DNA from: Pristiophorus japonicus
Lineage: Eukaryota
DNA length: 64,000 bases
Direction of reading: 5' to 3'
Assembly (NCBI RefSeq): GCF_044704955.1
Contig: NC_091977.1
Location: 523,280,001 to 523,344,000 of the forward strand
Positions 53,029-64,000 of this stretch are shown piece by piece. A program made the position numbers and the translations under genes. The number at the start of each line of letters is the position of its first letter. Positions within the stretch are counted from its first letter, which is position 1. Under the pieces are notes generated by a model. That model saw nothing but the letters and a program-made list of their open reading frames with translations, made no database searches and was not told the origin of the DNA.

Positions 53029-53095
53029 CTGCAACAAAATATCAGATTAATTTGTCATTTTTCTCATGTTTTTAGTAAACACACTTTAATAAACC

Positions 53096-53282
53096 TGTAA
53101 TTACCATGTCTAACCACCAGAGGGCTTATCTCCTGGAGTCCCAAGGGATCCCACAATCCCTTGGGAGCACCGTATATAAGGAGGCCTCACAAGCTGGAGA
53201 GGCACTCTGATCTGTAATAAAGGACGATGGTCACACTTTGAGCTTGCAGTATCTAGTCTGTCTCTTTATTCAAGACATAACA
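53096..53282 (+). mobile_element. Short Gypsy-type solo LTR inside a small CEP192 intron
   Basis: TG...CA ends (tgtaat...gacataaca), tatataag, aataaaggac; organisation like the LTR at 2323-2626. Confidence 0.7.
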
Positions 53283-53492
53283 CACACCATTTAAATTTTT
53301 TTTAATAAACTTAAACACATGAAATTCAATTCGCTTCCCAGATAAACATTTTAATTAAATTAAACAACTTCAAATTATTTATTATCATTTTAAATTCTGA
53401 ACAATTCCAATTTTTTTTTTTATCATGAACAATAAAATACATACATCTAAATCTAATTTGGAGTAAAATAATGCTTCGGAATGTTCAAATAC

Positions 53493-53655
53493 CTTTCTGA
53501 ACCAACACTCATCCCTTTAGGAGATGAAAATGAATCCAAGCCTTCTCTATCAGTAGTCTCAGTCAATGCAGAACTTCCAGTGACAGAAAGCATCACCTTA
53601 TTCATATTTCCATAGAAAATCTGGATGTCATTTGGTCTCTTTGGTATGTCGTAGA
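53493..53655 (-). CDS. CEP192: CEP192 exon (VYDIPKRPNDIQIFYGNMNKVMLSV...)
   Basis: Resembles CEP192 VYDLPQRPNDVQLFYG; tag acceptor, GTATTT donor; phase-compatible. Confidence 0.92.
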
Positions 53656-55516
53656 CTATACAGAAGGAAATTACAAACAGCAACTTCAGCAATTCCATTT
53701 AAAGACAGAGTGTGATGTTATTTTATTCGAATAGATTTCAACTATTTTGAAAGTTAGATCATTCAACTGAGTTTATGCTTTAGTGTTAACTAGTGAAACC
53801 AGAAGAATCAGACACAAGTATACCCTTCAATCGAAGTCTGCACAACCATCCTTCCTGAAAGTGTGATCAGGAGTAGGCAACCTGATGCATTACACACTGC
53901 CTAACTGAGGCCACCTGTAGTGTCCCTACCATTGCCCTGGTTGACATCAGCTAACAGACAGTGAATGAAGCCCAAATCATCTTGGGCTGCATAGCTCAGC
54001 TCCTTGCTGGCTTAATCAACTGAAATACTAAAAGAGCAGCTTCAGATCTTCTAGGTATGTTAACATAGAAAAGAGGGAAAGAAAGGACAAACTTGAATTT
54101 ATGCAGCACCTGTTGCGTCCTCAGGATGCCTCAACATACTTCACAGACAATTATTTATTTTGTAGTGTAGTCATATTGTTGCACAGGAAAACGCAGCAGC
54201 CAATTTGCACACAACAGTGCCATGAACAGCAAGATAAATTACTATTTAATCTGTCTGGTGATAGAACGATTCAGCACAGGGGGCCATGCGATCCATCGTA
54301 CCTGTGCCAGTTTTTTGGTAGAGCTACCCAATTAGTCACACTCTCCTGCTCTTTCCCCATAGCCCTGTAGTTTTCTTTTCCCTTTTGATTACTACGGTTG
54401 ATTCTGCTTCCACCACCCTTTCCAGCAGTGCAGCCTAGATCACGCCAACTTGCTGTGTTAAAAGAAAATCCTTAGGTCGCCTCTGGTTCTTTTACCAATT
54501 ACCTTAAATCAGTGTCCCCCGATTACCGATCCTTCGACCAATGGAAACAATTTCTCCTTATTTACTCTGAACATGTCGATCAAATCTCCTCAAACTTCTC
54601 TGCTCCAAGGAGAACAACCCCAGCTTCTCTAGTCTCTCCACATAACTGAAGTCCCGCATCCCTAGTTACCATTCAGACAAGTCTCTTCTGCATCCTCTCC
54701 AAGGCCTTGACTGTGACCTGAAGCAGGATAAATACTCGGGTCTGTAACACGAGCAAGCAAAGTTCTTTCACAGGAGATTATATTTCTCAACTGTGAAACT
54801 TGTAATCTTGCTTCTTTCCCTTCTCAAAGTTCAAAAATGATTTGTAGCAAAGATGATTCTGAATTCAGTTCTACCTTTCTATGGTGGGATGGATCTAAAC
54901 TCATGATTTTTGAGTTGCTAGTCCTGTACCATAAATCACTGTAACCAATGGATTAATAGGACAGCAAAAAAATCGATCTTTAACCAGACAGCTTCCAGAG
55001 AGCATTGACTTCAAGGAAGTTGCCCCAGTCTCCAAATGCACTGAGTGAAGAAAATCATCATACATAGAAACATAGAAACATAGAAACATAGAAAATAGGT
55101 GCAGGAGTAGGCCATTCGGCCCTTCTAGCCTGCACCGCCATTCAATGAGTTCATGGCTGAACATTCAACTTCAGTACCCCATTCCTGCTTTCTCGCCATA
55201 CCCCTTGATCCCCCTAGCAGTAAGGACCTCATCTAACTCCTTTTTGAATATATTTAGTGAATACAGCAGGTTACTCACCACATAAATCCCTACAGACAGA
55301 TATGGAGAGAATTGGACTGTTAGTCGACAAATGCTAATGTATTTCCAGTGCTGAGAAGTTGTCGGTCTCATCTTTGAGATTCCAACAACCACCAAGTCTA
55401 ATGTCCTGAGAACATTTTTCCCAGTTATAGCTGTCCCTGGCTATACTCTTTTATGTTACTTAATTAAAATGTCAGTGACAAACCTGGGAACTAGACAACA
55501 GTATCATAAGTACCAT

Positions 55517-56443
55517 AAGAACGTAAGAAATAGAAGCAGGAGTAGACCAGACGGCCCCTTGAGCCTGTCCTACCATTTAATACGATCATAGCTGATCCGA
55601 TCATGGACTCAGGTCAATTTCCCTGCCTGCTCTCCATAACCCCTTATCATTCAAGAAACTGTCTATTTCTGTCTTAAATTTATTCCATGTCCCAGCTTCC
55701 ACAGCTCTCTGAGGCAGTGAATTCCACAGATGCACAACCTTAAGAAATTTCTTATCACCCGAGTTTTAAACGGGCGGCCCCTTATTCTAAGATTATGCCC
55801 TCTGGTTCTAGTCTCCCCTATCAGTGGAAACATCCTCTCTGCATCCACCTTGTCACGCACCCTCATAATCTTACACGTTTTGATAAGATCATCTTTCATT
55901 CTTCTGAATTCCAATGAATAGAGACCCAACCTACTCAAACTTTCCTCATAAGTCAACCTCCTCATCTCCAGAATCAACCTTGTGAACCTTCTCTGAACTA
56001 CCTCCAAAGCAAGGATATCCTTTCGTAAATATGGAAACCAAAATTGCACAGTATTCCAGGTGTGGCCTCACCAATACCCTGTACGACTGTAGCAAGATGT
56101 CCCTGCTTTTCTACTCCATCCTCTTTGTCCCCATGAACCATTTATCCCTACTCTGTTTGTTAGCCAATCCTCTATCCATGCTAATATATTACCTCCAACC
56201 CAGTGAACTTTTATCTTGTGCAGTAACCTTTTATGTGGCACCTTGTCAAATGCGGCACCTTGTCAAATGCCTTCTGAAAGTCCAAATACACCACATCCAC
56301 TGGTTCCCCTTTATCCATCCTGTTCATTACATCCTCAAAGAATTCTAGCAAATTTGTCAAACATGACTTCCCCTTCATAAATCCATGCTGATTCTGCCTG
56401 ACCGAATTTTGCTTTTCCAAACGTCCTGCTACTGCTTCTTTAA
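55517..56443 (-). mobile_element. CR1 LINE fragment, internally deleted, back-to-back with the next element
   Basis: QHGFMKGKSCLTNLLEFFE...VYLDFQKAFDKVPH and 3' end motifs. Confidence 0.9.
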
Positions 56444-59400
56444 GCAGTCGGGAGGCGGAGCGGGACGTCGAGGAGGCCTATAAAAGGCCAGTCAGTCTGG
56501 GGAGCAGCAGCGTCGAGTCGGGAGGCGGAGCGGGATGTTATGCTCCTCCTGTACTATGTGGGAAATCAGAGACGCCTCCGGTGTGCCTGACGACTACGTG
56601 TGCGGGTAGTGTATCCGCCTCCAGCTCCTGATGAACTGCGTTGCTGAACTGGAGCTACGGGTGGATTCACTCTGGAGCATGCACAACGCTGAGAATGACG
56701 TGAATACAACGTTTAGCGAGTGGGTCTTACCCCAGGTAAAAGGGTACACAGCCAGATAAGGAATGGAAGACCAACAGGAAGAGCAGTGCAAGAAAGGTGG
56801 TGCAGGGATCCCCTGCGGTCATCCCCCTGCAAAACAGATACACCGCTTTGAGTACTGTTGAGGGGGATGACTCATCAGGGGGAGCAGCAACAGCCAAGTT
56901 CATAGCACCTTGGCTGGCTCTGCTGCACAGGAGGGCAGGAAAAAGAGGGGAGAGTGAGTGATAGGGGATTCAATTGTAAGACGACCAGATAGGCGTTTCT
57001 GCGGCCGCAACCGAGACTCCAGGATGGTATATTGCCTCCCTGGTGCAAGGCTCAAGGATGTCTCGGAGCGGGTGCAGGACATTCTGAAAAGGGAGGGTGA
57101 ACAGCCAATTGTCGTGGTGCATATAGGTACCAATGACATAGGTAAAAAACGGGATGAGGTCCTACGAGGTGAATTTAGGGAGCTAGGACCTAAATTAAAA
57201 AGTCGGACCTCAAAAGTAATAATCTCAGGATTGCTACCAGTGCCACGTGCTAGTCAGTGTAGGAATTGCAGGATAGCTCAGATGAATACGTGGCTTGAGG
57301 AGTGGTGCAGAAGGGAGCTATTTAAATTCCTGGGACATTGGAACCAGTTCTGGGGGAGGTGGGACTAGGACAAACCGGACGGTCTGCACCTGGGCAGGAC
57401 CGGAACCAATATCCTACGGGGAGTGTTTGCTACTGCTGTTGAGGAGGAGTTAAACTAATATGGCAGGGGGATGGGAACCTATGCAGGGAGACAGAGGGAA
57501 ATAAAAAGGAAGCAGAAGCAAAATATAGAAAGGAGAATAGTAAAAGTGGAGGGCAGAGAAACCCAAGGCAAAAAACAAAAAGGGCCACATTACAGCAAAA
57601 TTTTAAAGGGGCAAAGTGTGTTTTAAAAAAAAAACAAGCCTGAAGGCTCTGTGCCTCAAAGCGAGGAGTATTCGGAATAAAGTGGATGAATTGACAGCGC
57701 AGATAGCAGTTAACGGATAAGATGTGATTGGTATCACGGAGACATGGCTCCAGGGGGACCAAGGCTGGGAACTCAACATCCAAGGGTATTCAGCATTTAG
57801 GAAGGATAGACAGAAAGGAAAAGGAGGCGGGGTGGCATTGCTGGTTAAAGATGAAATCAATGCAATTGCAAGGAAGGACATTAGCCTGGATGATGTGGAA
57901 TCGATATGGGTGGAGCTGCGGAATTCCAAAGGGCTGAAAACGCTAGTGGGTGTTGTGTATAGACCACCATCAAGCAAGAAATAAGGGATGTGTGCAATAA
58001 AGGTACAGCAGTAATCATGGGCGACTTTAATCTACACATTAATTGGGCTAACCTAACTGGTAGCAATGCAGTGGAGGAGGATTTCCTGGAGTGTATTAGG
58101 GATGGTTTTCTAGACCAATATGTTGAGGAACCAACCAGGGAGCTGGCCATCCTAGACTGGGTATTGTGTAATGAGAAGGGACTAATTAGCAATCTTGTTG
58201 TGCGAGGCCCCTTGGGGAAAAGTGACCATAATATGTTAGAATTCCTTATTAAGATGGAGTGACAAAGTTAATTCGGAAACGAGGGTCCTGAACTTAAGGA
58301 AAGCTAGCTTCGACGCAAGAGGTGCGAATTGGCTAGAATAGACTGGCAATCGATACTCAAAGGGTTGACTGTGGATAAGCAATGGCAACATTTAAAGATC
58401 ACATGGATGAACATCAGCAAATGTACATCCCTGTCTGGAGTAAAAATAAAACTGGGAAGGTGGCTCAAACCATGGCTAACAAAGGAAATTAAGGATAGTG
58501 TAAAAGCCAAGGAAGAGGCATATAAATTGGCTAGAAAAAGCAACAAACCTGAGGACTGGGAGAAATTTAAAATTCAAGAGGAGGACTAAGGATTTAATTA
58601 AGGGGGGGAAAATAGAGTACGAGCGGAAGCTTGCAGGGAATATAAAAACTGACTGCAAAAGCTTCTATAAATATGTGAAGAGAAAAAGATTAGTCAAGAC
58701 AAATGTAGGTCCCTTGCAGTTGGAAGGTGAAATTATAATGGGGAAGAAATGGCAAACCAATTGAACCATTACTTCGGTTCTGTCTTCACGAAGGAAGATA
58801 CAAATAACCTTCTCAAGGTACTAGGGGACAGTGGGTCTAGTGAGAAGGAGGAACTGAAGGATATCCTTATTAGGCAGGAAATTGTGCTAGGGAAATTGAT
58901 GGGATTGAAGGCCGATAAATCCCCAGGGCCTGATCGTCTGCATCCCAGAGTGCTCAAGAAAGTGGCCCTAGAAATAGTGGATGCATTGGTGATCATTTTC
59001 CAACAGTCTATCGACTCTGGATCAGTTCCCATGGACTGGAGGGTAGCTAATGTAACACCACTTTTTAAAAAAGGGAGCGAGAAAACGGGGAATTATAGAC
59101 CAGTTAGCCTGACATCGGTAGTGGGGAAAATGTTGGAATCAATTATTAAAGATGAAATAGCAGCTCATTTGGAAAGCAGTGATGGGATCGGTCCAAGTCA
59201 GAATGGATTTAAAAAGGGAAATCCTGCTTGACAAATCTTCTGGAATTTTTTGAGGATGTAACTGGTCAAGTGGGCAAGGGAGAACCAGTGGATGTGGTGT
59301 ATTCGGACTTTCAAAAGGCTTTCGATAAGGTCCCACACAAGAGATTGGTGTGCAAAATTAAAGCACATGGTATGGGGGGGTAGTGTACTGACGTGGATAG

Positions 59401-60455
59401 AGAATTGGTTGGCAGACAGGGAGCAGAGAGTCGGGATAAACGGGTCCTTTTCAGAATGGCAGGCAGTGACTAGTGGGGTGCCGCATGGCTCAGTGCTGGA
59501 ACCCCAGCTATTTACAATATACATTAATGATTTGGATGAAGGAATTGAGTGTAATATCTCCCAGTTTGCAGATGACACTAAGCTGGGTGGCGGTGTGAGC
59601 TGTGAAGAGGACGCTAAAAGGCTGAAGGGTGACTTGGACAGGCTAGGTGAGTGGGCAAATGCGTGGCAGATGCAGTATAATGTGGATAAATGTGAAGTTA
59701 TCCAATTTGGTGGCAAAAACACGAAGGCAGAATATCTGAATAGCGGCAGATTAGGAAAAGGGGAGGTGCAACAAGACCTGGGTGTCATGGTACATCAGTC
59801 ATTGAAAGTTGGCATGCAGGTACAGCAGGTGCTAAAGGCAGCAAATGGTATATTGGCCTTCATAGCTGGGGGATTTGAGTACAGGAGCAGGGAGGTCTTA
59901 CTACAGTTGTACAGGGCCTTAGTGAGGCCTCACCTGGAATATTGTATTCAGTTTTGGTCTCCTAATCTGAGGAAGGGCGTTCTTGCTATTGAGAAAGTGC
60001 AGCGAAGGTTCACCAGACTGATTCCCGGATGGCAGGACTGACATATGAGGAGAGACTGGATCGACTGGGTCTGTATTCATTGGAGTTTTAGAAGGATGAG
60101 GGGGGATCTCATAGAAACATATAAAATTCTGACTGGACTGTTCCCGATGTTGGGGAAATCCAGAACCAGGGGACATAATCTAAGGATAAGGGGTAAGCCA
60201 TTTAGGATTGAGATGAAGAGAAACTTCTTCACTCAGGAGTTGTTAACCTGTGGGATTCCCTACCGCAGAGAGTTGCTGATGCCAGTTCAAGAGAGAGTTC
60301 GATATGGCCCTTATGGCCAAAGGGATCAAGGGTTATGGAGAGAAAGCAGGAAAGTGGTACTGAGGTGAATGATCAGCCATGATCTTATTGAATGGTGGTG
60401 CAGGCTCGAAGGGCCAAATGGCCTACTCCTGCACCTATTTTCTATGTTTCTATGT
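56444..60455 (+). mobile_element. Near full-length degenerate CR1 (HER1-like) LINE: zinc-finger/esterase ORF1 plus APE-RT ORF2
   Basis: ORF1 IGDSIVR...CLPGAR...VHIGTND (SGNH esterase). ORF2 IGITETWL, MGDFN, SDH, KSPGPD, NYRPVSLTS, FADD. Many frameshifts; (tttctatg)n tail. Confidence 0.95.
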
Positions 60456-60659
60456 TAATAATGGACTCCAGTAGGGTTTTGCGATCCTGCAAGAGACACA
60501 TGCCAATGGATGATTGGGCTTCAGAAATAGTAATAGATAGGACTGTGTGGTCTCAAAAGTTTTGGTCCCTTTGGCTTTTCTGGCTTCATGACTTACCTGA
60601 CCCAATGTCTGTGGTGTATCAATAGTCACAACTAATGATACTAATTTACATTGAACCTT

Positions 60660-62096
60660 TGTAAAAGTCAGATAGCCAGGTTGTGAAGGATATATTAGAA
60701 CCTAGTTTCCAGTCACCTACAACCTTTTATTTACAGATAAACACATTATGTACTGTGTATCCGCAAGACAAGCCTCCCCTTCCTAAGCTTGCTCCCATAT
60801 ACATGAACACGAGGGTTCCCAATTAATACCCACTACCTGAATACAATTAACACCCAATTGAGATACACCACCTAAATACAATACTCAATTGAGATACACC
60901 AATTGATGTACACGACCTGAATACAATTAAGAGTCCCTTCTTTGATTTAAAAAAAAAGAAAGACTTCCATACTCCATACAAAGCATTATATTGAGACGAC
61001 ACTTCTCCAGAACCCCACATAATTTCTTCGTACATGCACTTTTAAAAAAAAAAGTAAAACAATCAGACAGTTGCTGGCTTGAATCCACCTATTTTAGAGA
61101 TTGCCTTTCTCTCCAGCATTTGTTTCAAGCCAACAAGGTCAATCTGTAATCTTTTCTTACTCACATTTTTCGTAGTGTATATTATTCCACAATACACAAC
61201 ATTCAATTCAATAGGTACACTGCATCAGTATCCCCATTGTATAGATCACTCAAGGTATTCATCAAATAGAATCCCATATCTGCTGCCTCCACAAGAGCCA
61301 ACATTTCAACAGCCAGAGTACTTTCAATAACCCTTTTTTTTTTAAAGCTTCCCAAGTTGAAGGACATTTCCCATTCTCACCCATGAGAAATACTAGATCA
61401 TCAGCTGCATGAGAATATCCATCAGGAAGATTAGCATGTGAAGCATTGTTTAAGATAATTAGCTTCACGTTCTTAGGTCACCCAAGGATGGGAACTCAAG
61501 TACGCAGTAATTTTTGTAATGTTTTATTTGCCCGTAAAACATTCTCTACTATGGGGTGTTTAATTGACCACAACACATCAAAACTAGCATCTGGTCTTGT
61601 CTGAGTGCACAACCAGTTCAACTGACCAATCAAGCTTTGCAATTGCTCAGTCTCTAGATTTCTCTTTGGTGGAGTAATAATGTGTGTCCATATATCAACC
61701 TCATTCTTACACTGGTACAAACTCAGAATATTAGACAGTAATCGCACCTAGACCATTTAAACTTGTTTTCCGCTATTTTTCACAATGGGCTTTCAAGTTT
61801 TATGTCCAACATTTTTTTTTAAAAACAGTTCCCAACCTCCACCTGCAAAAGTCCCTGCTACCATGTAAAGGTCGGATAGCCAGGTGGCGATGGAAAGAAT
61901 ACCACAGCCTAGTCTTCAGTCACTTACATGCTTTTATTTACAAGAGCACACACATTATATACCGGCAACCCGCAAGATAAGCTTCCTTTTCCTGAGCTTG
62001 CTCCCATATATATGAACACGAGAGTTCCCAATTAATACCCACCACCTGAATAGAATTAACATCCAATTGATATACACCACCGGAATACAATTAACA
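60660..62096 (-). mobile_element. Internally deleted Ty1/Copia (GalEa-like) element with both LTRs
   Basis: LTRs 61864-62096 and 60660-60932. PBS TGGTAGCAG (tRNA-iMet); PPT; TSD acctt/ccctt. RT SLIGQLNWLCTQTRPD and RNase H ASHANLPDGYS remnants. Confidence 0.85.
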
Positions 62097-62452
62097 CCCT
62101 TTACCCGAGAACTAGAAGTTCTCTCAAATATATCTCAAATTCACATTCACTGCATTTGTATTTTATAAAAAAAATGAATCATGCTGGTAAAATGCACACT
62201 TGTTTTCCCACTCTGGCAAATTCAAAACAGAAAGATTAAAAGATAAAATCACACTTTAAAAAAAAAAAAAATCCCAATTTTCACTTCAGCATATAAGATG
62301 GCTGATCAAATTGTCCCAATGAAGCTTGAAAACTAACAGAAGTAATTGAGAATCCACAGTATATCAAGATCTCTACATCACACTTATGATAGAATCCATT
62401 AAAAATTAATCTGCAAGTTAAATACGATTGAAAGAGAACAAGCAATCATTAC

Positions 62453-62562
62453 CTTCTGACACCAATTCTTCACCAGAAAACTTTTGAGTGAAATTAATCT
62501 CTTGAAGTGGACTGTTTTCACAAACTATCTGTTGCAGTCCATGACGATTCCGGGCAAGTGCT
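62453..62562 (-). CDS. CEP192: CEP192 exon (ALARNRHGLQQIVCENSPLQEINFTQKFSGEELVSE)
   Basis: cacag acceptor, GTAATG donor; phases 2/1 fit both neighbours. Confidence 0.88.
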
Positions 62563-62839
62563 CTGTGGTAAATGATTGGGAGTGGGAATAAGGAAGACGA
62601 GAAGACAAAAAAATAGCGTCGTTTGATAATGGAAACTACAATACCCAACTAGTCAAATGTTTAAAGGACTGCTTTTCTGATTTAATGCATTTGCATTTTA
62701 ACCTTAAAATTGCTATTTTTTTTAAAAAAAGTGAATTTTTATGCGCATCAAAGCGAGAATGCTCGTGACTGAAGAACTCTTATTTTAGGCTTTCAGATCA
62801 GCAGTTGGGACTCCCAAGAAAGCCAGCTATTAAATGATG

Positions 62840-63190
62840 TTCCCTCGGCTTTCAAAACTCTCAGCCTTAATTTTCAAATCTCTCCATGGCTTCGCACCTC
62901 CCTATCTCCTCCAGCCCCACAATACCCCCCACCATAAGATGTCTGCGCTCCTCTAATTCTGTCCTTGAGCATCCACGATTATAATCGCCCAACCATTGGT
63001 GGCCGTGCCTTCTGTTGCCGAGACCCCAAGCTCTCTAACTCCCTGCCTAAACCTCTCCGCCTTTCTATCCTCCTTCAAGACGCTCCTTAAAACCTACCTC
63101 TTTGACCCAGCTTTTGGTCACCTCCGCTAATTTCTACTTATGCAGCTGTGTCAAATTTTTAAAATCTCAAGACTCCTGTGAAGCGCGTTG
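62840..63190 (+). mobile_element. L2 LINE 3' fragment
   Basis: Reverse-complement homolog of 28100-28450. Confidence 0.8.
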
Positions 63191-63817
63191 TTGTTGCTTC
63201 AGCATGGCCTAATCTCAAAATCAGGAAACGAACTTTTCATTAACAGTCCAAGCATTTTCTTTTCTCATACCATCAAGCCTGAACAAAATCCAATGAATGG
63301 TAAATTGGGGATAGTTGTTTACTGTGGAACTGAACGGAGACTGCCAAAATTTGATAAGCATTACTCAAATGCTGTGGGTAAACGCACTGTGTCTCCATTC
63401 TCTCTCTCACACGCCCAACCAAACCCGTGCAGGGCGACACATTCTACTGCTGAAAGCAGCCCTTCATCATCTCACAAAGTGGCTATTCTCGATATGTGAT
63501 TCTAAACCACGAGTGCGTGACTATTCGACCACAAAGGCATCAAAGTCAACTCTGATGCTATCCAGTAATGTCCACACATCAAGTAACAAGAACCCTCGAT
63601 GATTTTTCCCCTCTGCAGCCCAGATGTGCTGAGAAAAAATCTGCTGATTCAATTACTGTCACAGGCTTTTATAAATTAGTCACACATGTCGGAGTGAGAC
63701 TGCAAATTAAATTTACTGCCCAAAAAGTGTAAAGAAGTAATTGCAACATTTTGTGCACAAGTATGTTGGAGGCTCTTAAACATCTGGAGCAAAAAAAGAG
63801 ATAAGCATGTCACATGC

Positions 63818-63939
63818 CTTCGTAGCTGCTGTCGTGCCACCTCATCGCCACAAAAGAAGCAAGTTATACAAAGCAGTGCCGAATCCATTTTACAGTGAAG
63901 GTACTCTCTTAGAGTGGAGTAGCAGGTTACTGTAATCGT
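63818..63939 (-). CDS. CEP192: CEP192 internal coding exon (TITVTCYSTLREYLHCKMDSALLCITCFFCGDEVARQQLR); GC donor
   Basis: (CT)n tract plus CAG acceptor. FFCGDEVARQQ resembles vertebrate CEP192 FFCGDEISRQQ as I recall it. Ends AG|GCATGT, phase 2. Confidence 0.88.
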
Positions 63940-64000
63940 CTGAGGAGAGAGAGAGAGAGAAAAGTTATGTTCAGGCGGATCAAAATGAAAATAAGAGATT

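Noticed and set aside
55279-55289. 11-nt segment flanked by good acceptor and donor sites (possible poison microexon of CEP192)
   Set aside because: The flanking exons already join in frame, and there is no support beyond splice-like motifs.

Overview
This is eukaryotic, repeat-rich vertebrate DNA. The repeat set (CR1/HER1-like LINEs, DeuSINEs, Penelope remnants, GalEa-like Copia) points to a cartilaginous fish, which is an inference. The main gene is the 3' part of CEP192 on the minus strand: 14 phase-compatible coding exons from 63939 down to the stop at 17234, one of them needing a GC-AG intron. The rest is transposon-derived: CR1, L2, RTE, Tx1 and Penelope retroelements, Gypsy and Copia LTR elements, and pogo- and Harbinger-like MITEs. 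The most notable observations are: two tandem Tx1-like LINE 3' ends inserted at the same 16-bp site in a Gypsy-type LTR, suggesting an LTR-targeting site-specific LINE; an intact minimal Penelope hammerhead ribozyme in the sense strand of a CEP192 intron; an internally deleted GalEa-like Copia retaining its cis signals; a gag-protease-only Gypsy element; a pre-miRNA-like intronic hairpin; and a possible small 3-exon gene downstream of CEP192. All calls were made by eye and no database searches were run.
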